A stretch of 64,000 bases of DNA, taken from a bacterium. Lineage in GTDB: Bacteria; SAR324; NAC60-12. Position numbers and translations under genes: made by a program. The stretch spans positions 3,104,001 through 3,168,000 of the forward strand of contig OZ242383.1 of the NCBI GenBank assembly GCA_965209155.1, written 5' to 3'. The notes beneath the pieces were generated by a model. It saw only the letters and a program-made list of their open reading frames with translations, searched no databases and was not told where the DNA came from. Positions 10,174 through 21,349 of this stretch are shown piece by piece (within the stretch, counting starts at the first letter, position 1; every line of letters begins with the position of its first letter).

Positions 10174-10216
10174 CAATCGAGAAAATAAAAGACAAATTAA
10201 TATTTTCCCCCTTTCC
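10174..10216. repeat. 43-bp dispersed repeat, copy 1
   Basis: 39/43 identical to 29026..29068. Confidence 0.8.
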
Positions 10217-10260
10217 ACTACCCATTTCAAATTCCTGATCAGAACAATTAATTAATCTCA

Positions 10261-10814
10261 TTAAACCACCAGCTCTGCTGGTGCGAACCTAATAGGCTTT
10301 GCCGGTCAGACATGAGAAACGTATCCGTGTCCGTTAGCCGTGCTCGTGCTCGTGAACGGTCAGTGAATTCGACGGCACATTTTGGTTAACATAGAAACAA
10401 TGCGATGAAGTAACTGTTTCCCTTCGTCAAATAAAGGAGGCTGGATGATCTTCAACACGTTTAAAACATCGAGAATAGCAGCGCATTCCATTGCGGAACC
10501 TCGGGCCAATGCATAGAATCGTTGCTTGTCAGGAAAGGAATTTTTTCCACAGCCTTCTGCGATATTGAGAGGAATCGACCATGAGGTCCTTTTCAGTTGG
10601 TCAACTAGGGCTGAGTATCCTTTTGTCAATGTTTCGATGACTTGGACAGATAACGCTAAAAATTCGATGGAACATTGGTATACATCGAGTTTTTCATGAT
10701 CTGACATGGCAGCCTTTTTCGTTCACGAGCACGAGCACGTCTTACGATGACGAACACGTTTTGCCCTCATACTGGGGGCCTCTTCAAGCCACCGGCTCTG
10801 CCGGTGGTGATGAC
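10261..10814. mobile_element. Non-autonomous IS200/IS605-like remnant (end hairpins, no tnpA) carrying a four-helix-bundle gene
   Basis: Left hairpin ACCACCAGCTCTGCTGGTG and right AAGCCACCGGCTCTGCCGGTGGTGATGAC resemble IS200/IS605 subterminal hairpins. Confidence 0.55.
10360..10707 (-). CDS. Four helix bundle protein (23S rRNA IVP-like family)
   Basis: HEKLDVYQ..LVDQLKR..SIPLNIAEG..ARGSAMEC signature. Confidence 0.9.
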   Translation of the reverse strand: MSDHEKLDVYQCSIEFLALSVQVIETLTKGYSALVDQLKRTSWSIPLNIAEGCGKNSFPDKQRFYALARGSAMECAAILDVLNVLKIIQPPLFDEGKQLLHRIVSMLTKMCRRIH

Positions 10815-11039
10815 TTATTCCAGCAAATATTTACAAGGATCAATACCTCTTTTTCCAGAGTCATCGGAGGTCCCCTCCCTCATTCCGGTCTTCTGCCCAA
10901 AGCCAGAGAGCGACGCAGGGTCCAGACTGAAAGGGATCAGAAAAAGGGGGGCAAACAGAAGGTAATTAAGACCTCCCCTTTTCCTGTTTTTCAAAATAGT
11001 GAAAGATCCTCTGCGGAGCAAAGAGTATCAAGGGATTAC

Positions 11040-11284
11040 CCCACATTGAGATAGTCGAACGAATGGCATTTGTATTGCTTGAGACGGCTAAGTCCTGCCA
11101 ACATGTCAAGGACTTGCGTGGGTGCCTCGGCTCTTTTTATGAATAAATTGGTTGCTCCCTGCCTGATAATCTCACAAACCATCGCCATCGCTGGGAGTTA
11201 GCCGGATATATTTACCGTATCTCCGGTCTTGAGCAGTTTTGCTGCTTCTGAAATACTTAAAACTCTAGTCATATCTTTTCCCAT
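11040..11284 (-). pseudogene. N-terminal remnant resembling a CoA-transferase subunit A
   Basis: MGKDMTRVLSISEAAKLLKTGDTVNISG*LPAMAMVCEIIRQG; in-frame stop at 11198..11200; lower boundary approximate. Confidence 0.45.
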
Positions 11285-11333
11285 ATTCTTATATTGTAAC
11301 TGAGCGTTCGTTAGTTTTTATGGCAAAAAAGAT

Positions 11334-12935
11334 CTAGACACCGATCTTCTCTCGCTTGACCGTGATTCCAGCAACTTCACGATCCCAAGTATCGGGAGTG
11401 ATTCCTGCCGCTTTGAGCAGATTTTTTTGTACTTTCTGGGTGGGGGTTTTGGGCAATTCGTCGACAATTCGAATGAATCTGGGCAGCATGAAGTGAGCCA
11501 TACGCGGTTGGAGAAAATGGAAGAGTTCCCTGGGATCGATCTGCTGGTCCGACACCGGAGCCACCACCACCATCACATCGTCCTCGCTAAGCTCACTAGG
11601 GACGGGAACCGCCGCCGCTTCACGCACTGTGGCGAAAGCGGTGACCTCGCTTTCCACTTCAAAAGAAGAAATATTCTCACCACGGCGACGAATAGAGTCC
11701 TTGATGCGATCAACAAAATAGAAATACCCATTCTCGTCATATTTGAAAGCGTCCCCTGTGTGGAACCAACCGTTACGCCAGGCTTTAGCGGTTGCTTCCG
11801 GATTCTTGTAATAACCATGGTTCATCGCCCACGGACGGTCGGTTCGTAAGATAAGCTCACCGGTGACCCCAGGACCGACCTCGCAATCGTTTTCATCAAC
11901 GACACGAGCTTCCACACCCTCACGGACTTTCCCGCAAGTACCGCTTCCCGGCGGATAGGGTTCTGACATAATGGGCAAGGATATTTCCGTCATGTTGAAA
12001 CCGGTGCGCATTTCGAGACCATAGCGGCGCCCTACTGCCATGGCATCCTCATTCCAGGGAATGCAGACGGCTTTCTTCAAAAAAAGATCATCGTCATGAG
12101 GGCCTGGTGGTAATTTCAGGAGGAACGGGATCATTGCACCCACCAGGCTGGTCGCAGTGGTTTCATTCTCGCGAACGGTCTGCCAAAATTCGTTGGTTTT
12201 AAAATGAGTGTCTAAAAAACAGGAACTTCCATTGGCCAGTGTGACGATAAATAAAATGGTTCCTCCCACATGGAACATAGGCGCATTGATCAAAATCCGA
12301 TCGCTTTCCTCGAAATAATAACCAGACTCCGGCCCCATGGAATAGCCTTGAAGATAAGAAGAAAGCACCGCTTTGGAGGGGCCAGTGGTGCCTGAAGTGA
12401 AGATGATATACTGGGTGTCCCAGGGCTCGACTACTTCCGACATCTCCGAGAGGCCTTGATTGAAGATGAGAGCGGATGCTGGATGAGGGGTCAGGTTTAT
12501 TAAGGAGGTTTCCCCATGGGTGATGATGACATCCCGTAGCAAGCCTGTTTCGATGTCATTCAGACGCGGGGCAAGATCGGCATGACAAACCATCAATGTG
12601 GCATCGGATAATAGCACCACATGTTGCAGAAGTGCGCCTTTATAAGCGGTGTTCACGGGCACGTAGACCGCTCCTAAATAATTGAGAGCAAACCAAGTGA
12701 GGACCGCTTCCCGATTGTTCGGTTGCCAGGAGAGCACATGATCGCCTTTTTTGACACCCATTGCTTGAAGCCCCTTGGCGGCACGTTGCGTCAGTTCCAG
12801 GGTCTGACGCCAGGTCCATGTCTCGCCACCATAGAACATGATTGCGATTGCATCGGGCTTCTGGAGCGCCCAGCGTTCGATTTGATAACCAAGAACACAA
12901 ATTTCACGTGCCGGTATGCGAGGATCATAAGTCAT
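11334..12935 (-). CDS. AMP-binding acyl-CoA ligase (CaiC-like)
   Basis: FTSGTTGPSK, FNMTE, GWFHTGD, RRRGENIS, PKTPTQK motifs. Confidence 0.92.
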   Translation of the reverse strand: MTYDPRIPAREICVLGYQIERWALQKPDAIAIMFYGGETWTWRQTLELTQRAAKGLQAMGVKKGDHVLSWQPNNREAVLTWFALNYLGAVYVPVNTAYKGALLQHVVLLSDATLMVCHADLAPRLNDIETGLLRDVIITHGETSLINLTPHPASALIFNQGLSEMSEVVEPWDTQYIIFTSGTTGPSKAVLSSYLQGYSMGPESGYYFEESDRILINAPMFHVGGTILFIVTLANGSSCFLDTHFKTNEFWQTVRENETTATSLVGAMIPFLLKLPPGPHDDDLFLKKAVCIPWNEDAMAVGRRYGLEMRTGFNMTEISLPIMSEPYPPGSGTCGKVREGVEARVVDENDCEVGPGVTGELILRTDRPWAMNHGYYKNPEATAKAWRNGWFHTGDAFKYDENGYFYFVDRIKDSIRRRGENISSFEVESEVTAFATVREAAAVPVPSELSEDDVMVVVAPVSDQQIDPRELFHFLQPRMAHFMLPRFIRIVDELPKTPTQKVQKNLLKAAGITPDTWDREVAGITVKREKIGV

Positions 12936-12947
12936 TGAGGATTTTCG

Positions 12948-13811
12948 TCAGGCGTCGTAGAATGACAAGGAGTGCAACCCCAGCAGGAGGCGTTCTCGAT
13001 CCGAAGCGATGCGTTCCATGGCAGCGGGATCGACATGATTCACCGACTCCGTGGTTTTGACTCGTTGGGCGATATCGCGCCTGGCGTAATGCACCTGCAG
13101 GAAAAACCGTCCCGTGTCCCCTTTCTGCGTGGGGAGCCGCCGGTGCCAGATGTCGGAGACAAACAGAGCCACGTCACCTGCTTTGGCAATCAAGGGCTTC
13201 ACTTTGAGTCCATTCCAACTCAGCTCATCGTCATACTCCCGATCCTCTGGTGGGTGCGTTCCGGACTTGTGACTGCCGGGGATCACTCCGGTGGGACCAG
13301 ATTCGCGGGGACAGTCGGTTAAAAAGATATGGGCTCCGATGGCAAATACCGGATGGGGAAGGTTCTCCGGCCACACCTGGTCTGAATGGAGGGGAATGTG
13401 CGGACCACCATCGAGATGCCATCGTCCCCCTTTCAGACCCATTTCCCCAGGAGGATTTCGCCAGCAGGTATTGGCAATGATGTGACAGTCTTCCCCCAGC
13501 AGGGGCTCAATCACGTCGAGAATCTCCCGGCGTCCCGCTATGGCCTGACACAATGGGCTGTGATTGAACATCTCGTAGCGGTAGTGCTGAGGGGTATTCA
13601 TATCGGATTTGTCACGCATACGGCTATCAGGCTGCCGTTCGTCGTAGACCTGATTGATCTCTGTTCTGAGCGCCTTCAACTCTTTGGCGTTGAAGGCTTT
13701 GCGCACAATGGTATACCCCTGCTCCTCCAGCTCTTCCGACTCTTCAGGCACCGGAGTCTCCCGAATTGTTAAGTACCTCATACGTCCATTAAATTCTTGA
13801 CGTGTCAACAT
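12948..13811 (-). CDS. Phytanoyl-CoA dioxygenase (PhyH) family Fe(II)/2OG dioxygenase
   Basis: QGY start, WHLD (HxD), GPTGVIPGSH, AGDV..IWH. Confidence 0.85.
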   Translation of the reverse strand: MLTRQEFNGRMRYLTIRETPVPEESEELEEQGYTIVRKAFNAKELKALRTEINQVYDERQPDSRMRDKSDMNTPQHYRYEMFNHSPLCQAIAGRREILDVIEPLLGEDCHIIANTCWRNPPGEMGLKGGRWHLDGGPHIPLHSDQVWPENLPHPVFAIGAHIFLTDCPRESGPTGVIPGSHKSGTHPPEDREYDDELSWNGLKVKPLIAKAGDVALFVSDIWHRRLPTQKGDTGRFFLQVHYARRDIAQRVKTTESVNHVDPAAMERIASDRERLLLGLHSLSFYDA

Positions 13812-13881
13812 ATCAACCTTTAGTGAGGGTTTACATTTAAAAAGGCCATAAAAAATGATTCATGACAACTCCATTCATAAA

Positions 13882-14286
13882 CTATTGAGCTACGATCTCT
13901 TCCCAACTTTTCTTTCTCCATAAATCGCGGGCATTCTCAAGCTCACCCAACAGGATCCTCCGTGTTTTTTCGTCTTCTACCAGAGGGCTTGTTTGGAAGT
14001 AGTTTATTAAGCCCGAGACTTTTTTCAGGCAGATATCTTTCGCTTTTTTCTTCAACTTCAGGATCTTTGTCGGGTCAGGAGAAGCCTGGTTTAACTCATC
14101 TATCTTTTTTTCAAATTCGACCGTCCAACTTTGGGGTGCTTTTCGGGTGTTAATGATTAATTCAGCGGCTTTGTTCCTTCCCCCTATAGATCTTTGAATG
14201 ATGAAATTCATCCACCACATACCAGCTCGAGCAAGCAAAACTATAACCGCAACAAAGATGATGAAGATCAAAGCGAGTTTTAACAT
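13882..14286 (-). CDS. Hypothetical protein with N-terminal membrane anchor
   Basis: Clean ORF 4 bp after the ABC ATPase gene; hydrophobic N-terminus. Confidence 0.7.
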   Translation of the reverse strand: MLKLALIFIIFVAVIVLLARAGMWWMNFIIQRSIGGRNKAAELIINTRKAPQSWTVEFEKKIDELNQASPDPTKILKLKKKAKDICLKKVSGLINYFQTSPLVEDEKTRRILLGELENARDLWRKKSWEEIVAQ

Positions 14287-14290
14287 GTCC

Positions 14291-15307
14291 CTAGATGGCC
14301 CCTTTCAGTTGGAGTTCCTTGCCAAAATGACAACGGGCATAATGTCCCTCCTCCATCTCCTCCAGAGGAGGTTCCTCAGTCTCACATACCTCTTGCGCAT
14401 ATCGACACCTGGGGTGGAAGCTGCATCCTGGAGGTGGATTGACTGGAGATGCGACCTCGCCACTGAGTATGATTCGCTCAGACTTAAGCCTCGGGTCTGC
14501 CTTTGGAGCAGAAGACATCAACGCTTCCGTATAGGGATGTTTTGGACTCAAAAAGAGTTTCTCTGTTTCTGCCATTTCTACGATCTTCCCCACATACATA
14601 ACAGCGACTCTGTCGCTGATGTGCTCCACCACCCCCAAGTCGTGGGCAATGAAGAGATAGGTCAGGTGAAATTCTTCTTGTAAATCCTTTAGAAGGTTCA
14701 ATACCTGCGCTTGCACAGAGACGTCCAAGGCGGAGACAGCTTCATCGGCTATGATGAGTTTTGGATGCAGGGCCAAAGCTCTTGCGATACCGACACGCTG
14801 TCTTTGTCCTCCACTGAGCGCGTGTGGATAGCGTTTCAGATACTGGACATTCAGTCCGACCACACGGAGGAGTTCCTTGACTCTGTCCTCCAACTCTCTG
14901 CCTTTGGCCATCTTGTGCGCAAGAAGGGGCTCTCCTACGACGTCCAATATTGTCATTCGTGGGTTCAGGGAGGAATGGGGGTCCTGGAAGATCACCTGCA
15001 TATCTCTTCTTAGCATTTTAAGCTCTTTTTCTTCGACCCCAGCGACATCAACGACCTCACCGTCGTGTCGAAGAAACATCTCTCCAGCAGTCGGACTAAG
15101 GGCTCTCAGAATCACTTTCCCCGTCGTGGTCTTTCCACATCCACTTTCTCCGACCAAGCCGAGCGTTTCCCCTTCACGGATGTAGAAATCGACTCCATCA
15201 ACCGCTTTGACATATCCAACCGTTCTCTTCAAGAACCCCTTAGTAATAGGAAAATACTTCTTAAGCCCTTTAACTTCGAGAAGAATATCGTTACCAGGCA
15301 CCATCAT
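14291..15307 (-). CDS. Oligopeptide/dipeptide ABC ATPase (OppF/DppF-like)
   Basis: [22 protein letters not shown]-terminal Cys cluster. Confidence 0.95.
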   Translation of the reverse strand: MMVPGNDILLEVKGLKKYFPITKGFLKRTVGYVKAVDGVDFYIREGETLGLVGESGCGKTTTGKVILRALSPTAGEMFLRHDGEVVDVAGVEEKELKMLRRDMQVIFQDPHSSLNPRMTILDVVGEPLLAHKMAKGRELEDRVKELLRVVGLNVQYLKRYPHALSGGQRQRVGIARALALHPKLIIADEAVSALDVSVQAQVLNLLKDLQEEFHLTYLFIAHDLGVVEHISDRVAVMYVGKIVEMAETEKLFLSPKHPYTEALMSSAPKADPRLKSERIILSGEVASPVNPPPGCSFHPRCRYAQEVCETEEPPLEEMEEGHYARCHFGKELQLKGAI

Positions 15308-16359
15308 TCTTCCTTATTCTGATGGTAGAGAAAACATGCGACCTGGTGACCCTTTGCCATTTCAACTAAAGCAGGAGGTTTATCCTCATCGCACACACCG
15401 GGCAGACCCTCAGGACAACGAGGGAAAAACGGGCACCCTTTAAGAACGGCAAAGGGGTCTGGCACGCCACCCTTAATCGATTCAAGACGGACGCTCACCT
15501 TCTCTACCTTGGGGATAGATTTGAGAAGCGCCCTGGTATAGGGGTGCTTTGGGTCATGGAAGAGACGGTCTACATCGGTGTGTTCTACGGCCTTTCCCAA
15601 ATACATAACAATGACATCATCCGCCATCTCCGCGATCACTCCAAGATCATGAGTGATCATCATAATGGACATCCCGAATTCCTTCTTCAAGTCGTTCATC
15701 AGCTCAAGAATCTGTGCCTGGACGGTGACATCCAAGGCTGTGGTAGGCTCATCTGCTATCAGGAGGCTCGGATTGCATGAAAGAGCCATTGCTATCATCG
15801 CTCTCTGTCTCATCCCACCACTGAATTGATGAGGATATTCGTCTACTCTCATCTGTGGAAGAGATATCCCAACCCGATCCAGCATCTCTATGGCATGTTC
15901 CCTGGCTGCCTTCTTGCTCAGGTTCTGATGCAGCAGGATCGCTTCAATGATCTGGCTTCCAACGGTGTGGACAGGACTGAAGGCTGTCATAGGTTCCTGG
16001 AAGATCATAGAGATCTCTTTTCCTCTGATCCTCCTGATCTCGCTTCCCTGTGGGTCCAATTTCGTCAGATCCGTTACTTTCCTTCCGTTCCCATTTGTAT
16101 TCTGGTGCAGAAGGATCTCCCCTTGAATAATCCTCCCGGGTTGGGGGACTATTTGCAGGATAGACTGGGCGGTGACACTTTTTCCACAACCACTTTCTCC
16201 GACGACACCCAGGGTCTTTTCTTTGTCTATGCTAAAGCTGACGCCATCTACGGATTTTACAGTCCCCTCATCCAAATAGAAGTATGTCTTGATGTCCTTC
16301 AATTCCAAAAGCGTGCTCAATCCAACACCTCCTTTATTTATAAGGGTCCGCCGCGTCAC
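15304..16359 (-). CDS. Oligopeptide/dipeptide ABC ATPase (OppD/DppD-like); start may be ~16323
   Basis: [27 protein letters not shown]. Confidence 0.95.
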   Translation of the reverse strand: MTRRTLINKGGVGLSTLLELKDIKTYFYLDEGTVKSVDGVSFSIDKEKTLGVVGESGCGKSVTAQSILQIVPQPGRIIQGEILLHQNTNGNGRKVTDLTKLDPQGSEIRRIRGKEISMIFQEPMTAFSPVHTVGSQIIEAILLHQNLSKKAAREHAIEMLDRVGISLPQMRVDEYPHQFSGGMRQRAMIAMALSCNPSLLIADEPTTALDVTVQAQILELMNDLKKEFGMSIMMITHDLGVIAEMADDVIVMYLGKAVEHTDVDRLFHDPKHPYTRALLKSIPKVEKVSVRLESIKGGVPDPFAVLKGCPFFPRCPEGLPGVCDEDKPPALVEMAKGHQVACFLYHQNKEE

Positions 16360-17467
16360 GCAGGCCGTCTCCTAAAAAATTAAAGCACAGTGCGGTGACA
16401 ATCACGAAAAGCCCGGGAATGAGAATCCAGGGATAGAGACCGATGGCACCTGTGCTCTGCGCATCTTTCAAGAGGGCCCCCCAACTGACTGCCGGGGGCT
16501 GAATTCCTAAGCCGAGAAAGCTTAATGAGGTCTCAGCTATGATCATTTCGGGTATCGCTATGGTCAGGTGTACGATCAGGTAGGTCATCACTGAAGGCAG
16601 AAGATGCCTGAAAATTATTCTCATATGACTTGCGCCAGAGAGTCGAGCCGCCAGGACAAAATCCTCCTCCCTCAATTCCAGCAGTTGTCCTCTCACCACT
16701 CTGGCGATGCCCGTCCAGCCAACGATAGAGAGGACAATAGTAATCCCGAAATAAATCCTGATCATCGACCAATCTGTGGGCAGAGCGACCGCCAATGCCA
16801 TCCATAGGGGGATTCTGGGGATTGATGTTAAAAATTCTATGACCCTTTGGATAATCATATCAGGAACTCCTCCGAAATAACCGGAGATCCCCCCCAATAT
16901 ACTTCCCAGAAAAAGGCTTAAGAATACCCCTACCAAGCCGATAGATAGAGAAATTCGTGATCCGTAGAGAACCCGGGAGAATACATCTCTTCCCAATTTA
17001 TCTGATCCCAATAAAAAAACCGTTCCCTCAGCCTCCTTTACTCCAAAAAAATGAATATCTGATTGAAACAAGTTCCAAAATTTATACTCATCACCCTGGA
17101 CGAAAAAATAGATAGGAAACTTTCGGTTTTTATCTTCTTTGTATACTCTGCGCATTGTTTTTAAATCGATGGTTAATTCTTGCTTATAGACAAAGGGACG
17201 AAAATGGAACGTTCCCTGATCATCGAAAAAATGAATCCTTTGCGGCGGACTATAGGTAAATTCCGTACGGGTATGCATATGATAAGGAGCAAAAAAATCG
17301 CAGAATACCGCTAAAAGATAAAAAACACCTAACAAAATGCCACTCGCTATCGCGAGCTTATGTTTCCTGAACTTAAGCCACAACAACTGCCACTGTGAAG
17401 CAAAAAAAATCTTTTCTGCTTCTCTGACACTCCCATCATCCACTTTTTCTTGCGCATTGATCACCAT
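16334..17467 (-). CDS. Peptide/nickel-family ABC permease (OppC-like)
   Basis: [35 protein letters not shown]. Confidence 0.95.
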   Translation of the reverse strand: MVINAQEKVDDGSVREAEKIFFASQWQLLWLKFRKHKLAIASGILLGVFYLLAVFCDFFAPYHMHTRTEFTYSPPQRIHFFDDQGTFHFRPFVYKQELTIDLKTMRRVYKEDKNRKFPIYFFVQGDEYKFWNLFQSDIHFFGVKEAEGTVFLLGSDKLGRDVFSRVLYGSRISLSIGLVGVFLSLFLGSILGGISGYFGGVPDMIIQRVIEFLTSIPRIPLWMALAVALPTDWSMIRIYFGITIVLSIVGWTGIARVVRGQLLELREEDFVLAARLSGASHMRIIFRHLLPSVMTYLIVHLTIAIPEMIIAETSLSFLGLGIQPPAVSWGALLKDAQSTGAIGLYPWILIPGLFVIVTALCFNFLGDGLRDAADPYK

Positions 17468-17520
17468 GAACCGCTTCCAAATTTATACATTCAGGTTTCA
17501 CTCATGAGAGGAGTCGGCTT

Positions 17521-18519
17521 TTAGCCACCACTTATCTTTTCAAAGCGAATACGGGGGTCCAGCCAAACAAGCAGTAAATCGGAAACAAAAACTCCTACCA
17601 CAGTTAAAGCGGATAGCAACATCATGATGCTCCCGGCTAAATACATATCCTGGCTTAGTAACGCGTGTAGAAAAAGAGGCCCTGTCGTGGGGAGGTTCAA
17701 TGTGATAGCAGTGATAATTTCTCCGGAGACGATGAGGGGAAAAGCCCAACCCAGGACGCTTACTATGGGATTTAAGGCTATTCTTACCGGATACTTAAAT
17801 AAAAGAGTCCCTTCCGAGAGCCCTTTGGCCCGGGCGGTAATGACATATTGCTTTTGAAGTTCATCCAACAGGCATCCTCTCATAATCCTGATAAGAAAGG
17901 CTAACCCGGCAGCGCCGATCGTGATTACCGGAACCCACAAATGATTAATCATATCTAAAACCTTGCCTGGGCTCCAGGGGGCATGGACATATTCAGATGA
18001 GAAAAGACCTCCTGCATGGAGTCCGAAAAATTCGTTGAGAAAGAACGCTAAAATAAGAGCCATCAGGAAATTAGGTGTCGCCACCCCAATGAAACCAATT
18101 AATGTAAAGAAATAGTCACCAAATGAGTACTGGTGGGTGGCAGAATAAATCCCGATAGGTATCGCTACAATATATGTCAGGATGAGCGTAAAAAGAGAGA
18201 TCGATACTGTCAGTACGATTCGTTCACCTATCAACTCACTCACTGGCTTATTATATGAAAAGGACATACCGAAATCCCCTTGAAACATATTCCCCATCCA
18301 CTTGAAATATTGAAGATAGATTGGCAAATCCAGTCCATATTGCTTGGTTAGAGCAGCTCTTTGAGATTGATCAACTTTCGTTCCCGTCATCTCTAAAGTC
18401 GCTATGTAAGAATTTAAAAAATCACCTGGTGGAAGCTGGATGATGATGAAACCAACAACAGAAACAACCAATAAAATCAGGATCATAAATAAAAACCGCT
18501 GAATATAATAATGCAACAT
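17521..18519 (-). CDS. Peptide/nickel-family ABC permease (OppB-like)
   Basis: PPGD, YGLDLP, TARAKGL, LDPRIR. Confidence 0.95.
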   Translation of the reverse strand: MLHYYIQRFLFMILILLVVSVVGFIIIQLPPGDFLNSYIATLEMTGTKVDQSQRAALTKQYGLDLPIYLQYFKWMGNMFQGDFGMSFSYNKPVSELIGERIVLTVSISLFTLILTYIVAIPIGIYSATHQYSFGDYFFTLIGFIGVATPNFLMALILAFFLNEFFGLHAGGLFSSEYVHAPWSPGKVLDMINHLWVPVITIGAAGLAFLIRIMRGCLLDELQKQYVITARAKGLSEGTLLFKYPVRIALNPIVSVLGWAFPLIVSGEIITAITLNLPTTGPLFLHALLSQDMYLAGSIMMLLSALTVVGVFVSDLLLVWLDPRIRFEKISGG

Positions 18520-18580
18520 TTTTTATAATCCTCTTTAGGAATTGTCCCTTAATTACATCCTAAAATCCCTATACCCAAAA

Positions 18581-18630
18581 CAGAGGGGCGGCTCTCACTC
18601 CCCATCTAACGGTGTGAGAGCCGCCTCTGC
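18581..18630 (-). terminator. GC-rich stem-loop between SBP and permease genes
   Basis: GGCGGCTCTCAC...GTGAGAGCCGCC followed by TTTT on the minus strand. Confidence 0.6.
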
Positions 18631-18743
18631 GGAATTCAGGACAGCTTGACGCCTGTTTGAAAAGTGATACACGAGTTGCGCATACCATATCTCCGTAAGC
18701 TGGACGCCTGCCCTACAGGCTTTTTGGATAGGCTCTTATCCCA

Positions 18744-20660
18744 CTATTTCTTGAAGAACCATTGTTCGGGTAACTGGTATCTGAGACAACTAGTATCATA
18801 GGTATCCGTCAAAGCACTCTCATCCATATTACGCAAGTTAGCCGCTGCTACGCCAGGTTTCTTACTATGACTTACAGTCCCAATTCCCCAAATATTCTCG
18901 GCTTGTAGCTCCCCAATCTGTCTCAGCAAATCCTTCTGTTCCTCTTTGTTTCCAGAACCCCACAATTGTTCTTGTAAGGACTTAAGCTTCTGAAAATCCT
19001 CGGACGGCGCTTCACCGCTTTTACCATCCCACCCAAACCACTTGGGAGCGAACCAATCAGGAAACCACATATACCTGGCAGAGGCAGTTGCTAAGGCAGC
19101 CATTCCTCCTACGACGCCACCATTTATGAACACAAGTACTTCGTGCTGCGCAGCGTTTCTTAGTTCAAAGGCAGCTCCCCTATCCATTTGCTTGACAGAT
19201 GCTTTAACACCGACATCTCTCCAGTAGAGTCCTACCAACTCACTGGTCTCAACCCAGGCTATCTCACCCCCTGATACAACGACAATTGATACGGTCAAAA
19301 CTTTGCCATCAGGTCGGAGCCGGAAACCTTGTCCATCCCGCTTATCCAGTCCCATCTCATCCAGAAGTCTGTTGGCTTCTCCTGTATCAAAACTTGCATA
19401 CGCGTTGGCAAACCTCGCTTCATAACCCGGGACATCGGGTCCGTATGTCATTTGAGCAGGTCTGCCTGTCCCATAGTTTACTTTCTGGTTAACCTCCTTG
19501 CGGTTGATAGCCAAAGAGAGAGCTCGCCGGAACCGGACATCACGGAAGATATCACGCTTAACCGGATCATCATCCAAGTTCAAATTAAACCAAAAACCGG
19601 GATTAGATGTATAACCGGATGTTGGCGTCCAAACACGCAGGTTATGCTTCTTTGCGGCCTCAAAATAAAGGGGATAATCCTCAAGCTTGAACATCCTTTG
19701 ACCGAAATCAACCTCTCCAGCTATCGCTTTCAAGCTGCTTAACTCCGGAGTTAACGCCATCGTCCCTGTCATGTAATCAATATAGGGGAGCTGGTTGCCT
19801 TCCGGGTCTACTTTAAAGTAATAGGGATTCCGCTCCCATAGTACATCATTAGGGGTCACCTTTTTGGGGACCCACGCAGTGAGTACTGGAAGATCCACAT
19901 TTGCCTGTTGACCACTAGTAAACTCCATTTTATTCTTGAGTAGCTGTATCCAGTTGTCAACTCCTGCTGCTTTGGCTAACTCATTCGCCTTTTCATTGTA
20001 CTTGAGGTGAAATTGTTTCAGGTAATGTTTGGGGTAGAAATGAGACTGCCAAAAGCCAAAGTTTACCCCGCCTAAAGGGAGAAGTATATTTGGATTAGGT
20101 CCTGCAAAGTGGAAGCGAATTGTATAATCGTCCACCTTCTCTATTGTCGCATACTCACCACCGACCGCCCACGCCAGGTTTGCGGTGCGAATGGGACCCC
20201 TTGGGTGAATATCATCGTTCCAAACAATATCCTCATAACTGAATACCATATCATCAGCGTTGAAGGGTTCCCCATCTGACCATCTCATCCCCTTTCTCAA
20301 ATAGACGGTCAGAACTCTATTTCCCTCTGAAAATTCCCACTTTTTGGCAATATTTGGCTCTATCTTTGTGAAATTACGGTCCATGGCGAACAGATTTTCA
20401 AAGTTAGCTTCTGTGGGTTCACCCCAATCTACCACAGTAGGCATCAGCATACGCACTGTCCCCCCATACTGTCCAATTTCCTCATAGACTTCAATCACCA
20501 AAGGCTCTTCAGGAAGTCTATCTTCCAACGGAGGAAGCTTCCCCGCCTGAACCAATTCCTTCAGCATGGGAGCCTCGTTATACTTTTGCGCTAGTGCTGA
20601 AGTCGCTCCCAATAAGCACATTACCCCAGCCAATAATACCACCATTGATTTCTTATACAT
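18744..20660 (-). CDS. ABC substrate-binding protein, family 5 (OppA-like, possibly oligosaccharide-binding subgroup)
   Basis: Signal peptide; EAPML..GKLPPLEDRLP; LRKGMRWSDGEPF; RNPYYFKVDPEGNQLPYID. Confidence 0.93.
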   Translation of the reverse strand: MYKKSMVVLLAGVMCLLGATSALAQKYNEAPMLKELVQAGKLPPLEDRLPEEPLVIEVYEEIGQYGGTVRMLMPTVVDWGEPTEANFENLFAMDRNFTKIEPNIAKKWEFSEGNRVLTVYLRKGMRWSDGEPFNADDMVFSYEDIVWNDDIHPRGPIRTANLAWAVGGEYATIEKVDDYTIRFHFAGPNPNILLPLGGVNFGFWQSHFYPKHYLKQFHLKYNEKANELAKAAGVDNWIQLLKNKMEFTSGQQANVDLPVLTAWVPKKVTPNDVLWERNPYYFKVDPEGNQLPYIDYMTGTMALTPELSSLKAIAGEVDFGQRMFKLEDYPLYFEAAKKHNLRVWTPTSGYTSNPGFWFNLNLDDDPVKRDIFRDVRFRRALSLAINRKEVNQKVNYGTGRPAQMTYGPDVPGYEARFANAYASFDTGEANRLLDEMGLDKRDGQGFRLRPDGKVLTVSIVVVSGGEIAWVETSELVGLYWRDVGVKASVKQMDRGAAFELRNAAQHEVLVFINGGVVGGMAALATASARYMWFPDWFAPKWFGWDGKSGEAPSEDFQKLKSLQEQLWGSGNKEEQKDLLRQIGELQAENIWGIGTVSHSKKPGVAAANLRNMDESALTDTYDTSCLRYQLPEQWFFKK

Positions 20661-20859
20661 CGTTTTTCTCCAATAAAAGTTATCGCTTTTACAAAAGCCG
20701 CTTTCGTAAAAGCTCTCAAAAAGAATAAAGTGTTAAAAAAAAACACTTTTCCGCTATGGAAAGCTCCCTTTTACTCCTCAGCAAATCCAGAAAGAAACCT
20801 CATTCAAGCCACTAATCTGGCTTTCCCGCATAAAGGTCGCCTGCTGAAGGTCTTTAGCT

Positions 20860-21059
20860 TCAATCAGTGTGCCAAAACTGAGGATATTCAGTTAACTTAT
20901 TGTAATTATTAACTATTTTTGATAAGTGGAGGGTTGGGTATGCGAAGCAGATGTTCAAATATGTTAACTTAATCCGGGAGGAAATAGTCGTTAACTATCT
21001 GATATTAAATATTTATAGATCAAAATTCAGAATTTGAAACATGTTTAATATTTTGAACA
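20860..21059 (-). promoter_or_regulatory. Sigma54 promoter 2, homologous to promoter 1, with TGTT-N10-AACA-type sites
   Basis: TGGCACACTGATTGA (20874..20860); sites at 20952, 21024, 21042; intervening DNA aligns with 2853..3055. Confidence 0.75.
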
Positions 21060-21128
21060 CTATTAAACTCTATGATCGTTAGCGGCAGAAGCGTTTTTTA
21101 CCTAAGGATAATTATGGAGGCAAAACAG

Positions 21129-21157
21129 TTGACACTATATCAATTTTAATATATCAT
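21129..21157 (+). promoter_or_regulatory. Sigma70-type promoter of hicAB
   Basis: TTGACA-17 nt-TATCAT, 6 nt before the ATG at 21164. Confidence 0.7.
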
Positions 21158-21163
21158 TTTTGT

Positions 21164-21349
21164 ATGAACGGTAAACAAGTTATCAAATTATTGAAAGATG
21201 ATGGTTGGGAGATTCTTCGAGTTCGTGGTAGTCATTACCGTTTAGGTAAAGGAGACCAGCGTACAACTGTCTCCATTCATGGGAAACGAGATTTGGGTTT
21301 CGGATTATTAAAAGCCATCGAGAAACAAACTGGAGTAAAATTACTATGA
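21164..21349 (+). CDS. hicA: HicA family toxin
   Basis: GW..LRVRGSH, IHGKRDLG, 61 aa basic protein. Confidence 0.92.
   Translation: MNGKQVIKLLKDDGWEILRVRGSHYRLGKGDQRTTVSIHGKRDLGFGLLKAIEKQTGVKLL

Noticed and set aside
10360..10707. Avd of a diversity-generating retroelement
   Set aside because: No reverse transcriptase and no TR/VR pair with adenine-specific differences seen
10747..11054. Short overlapping ORFs beside the IS200-like right end
   Set aside because: No family signature; they overlap the hairpin and degenerate DNA
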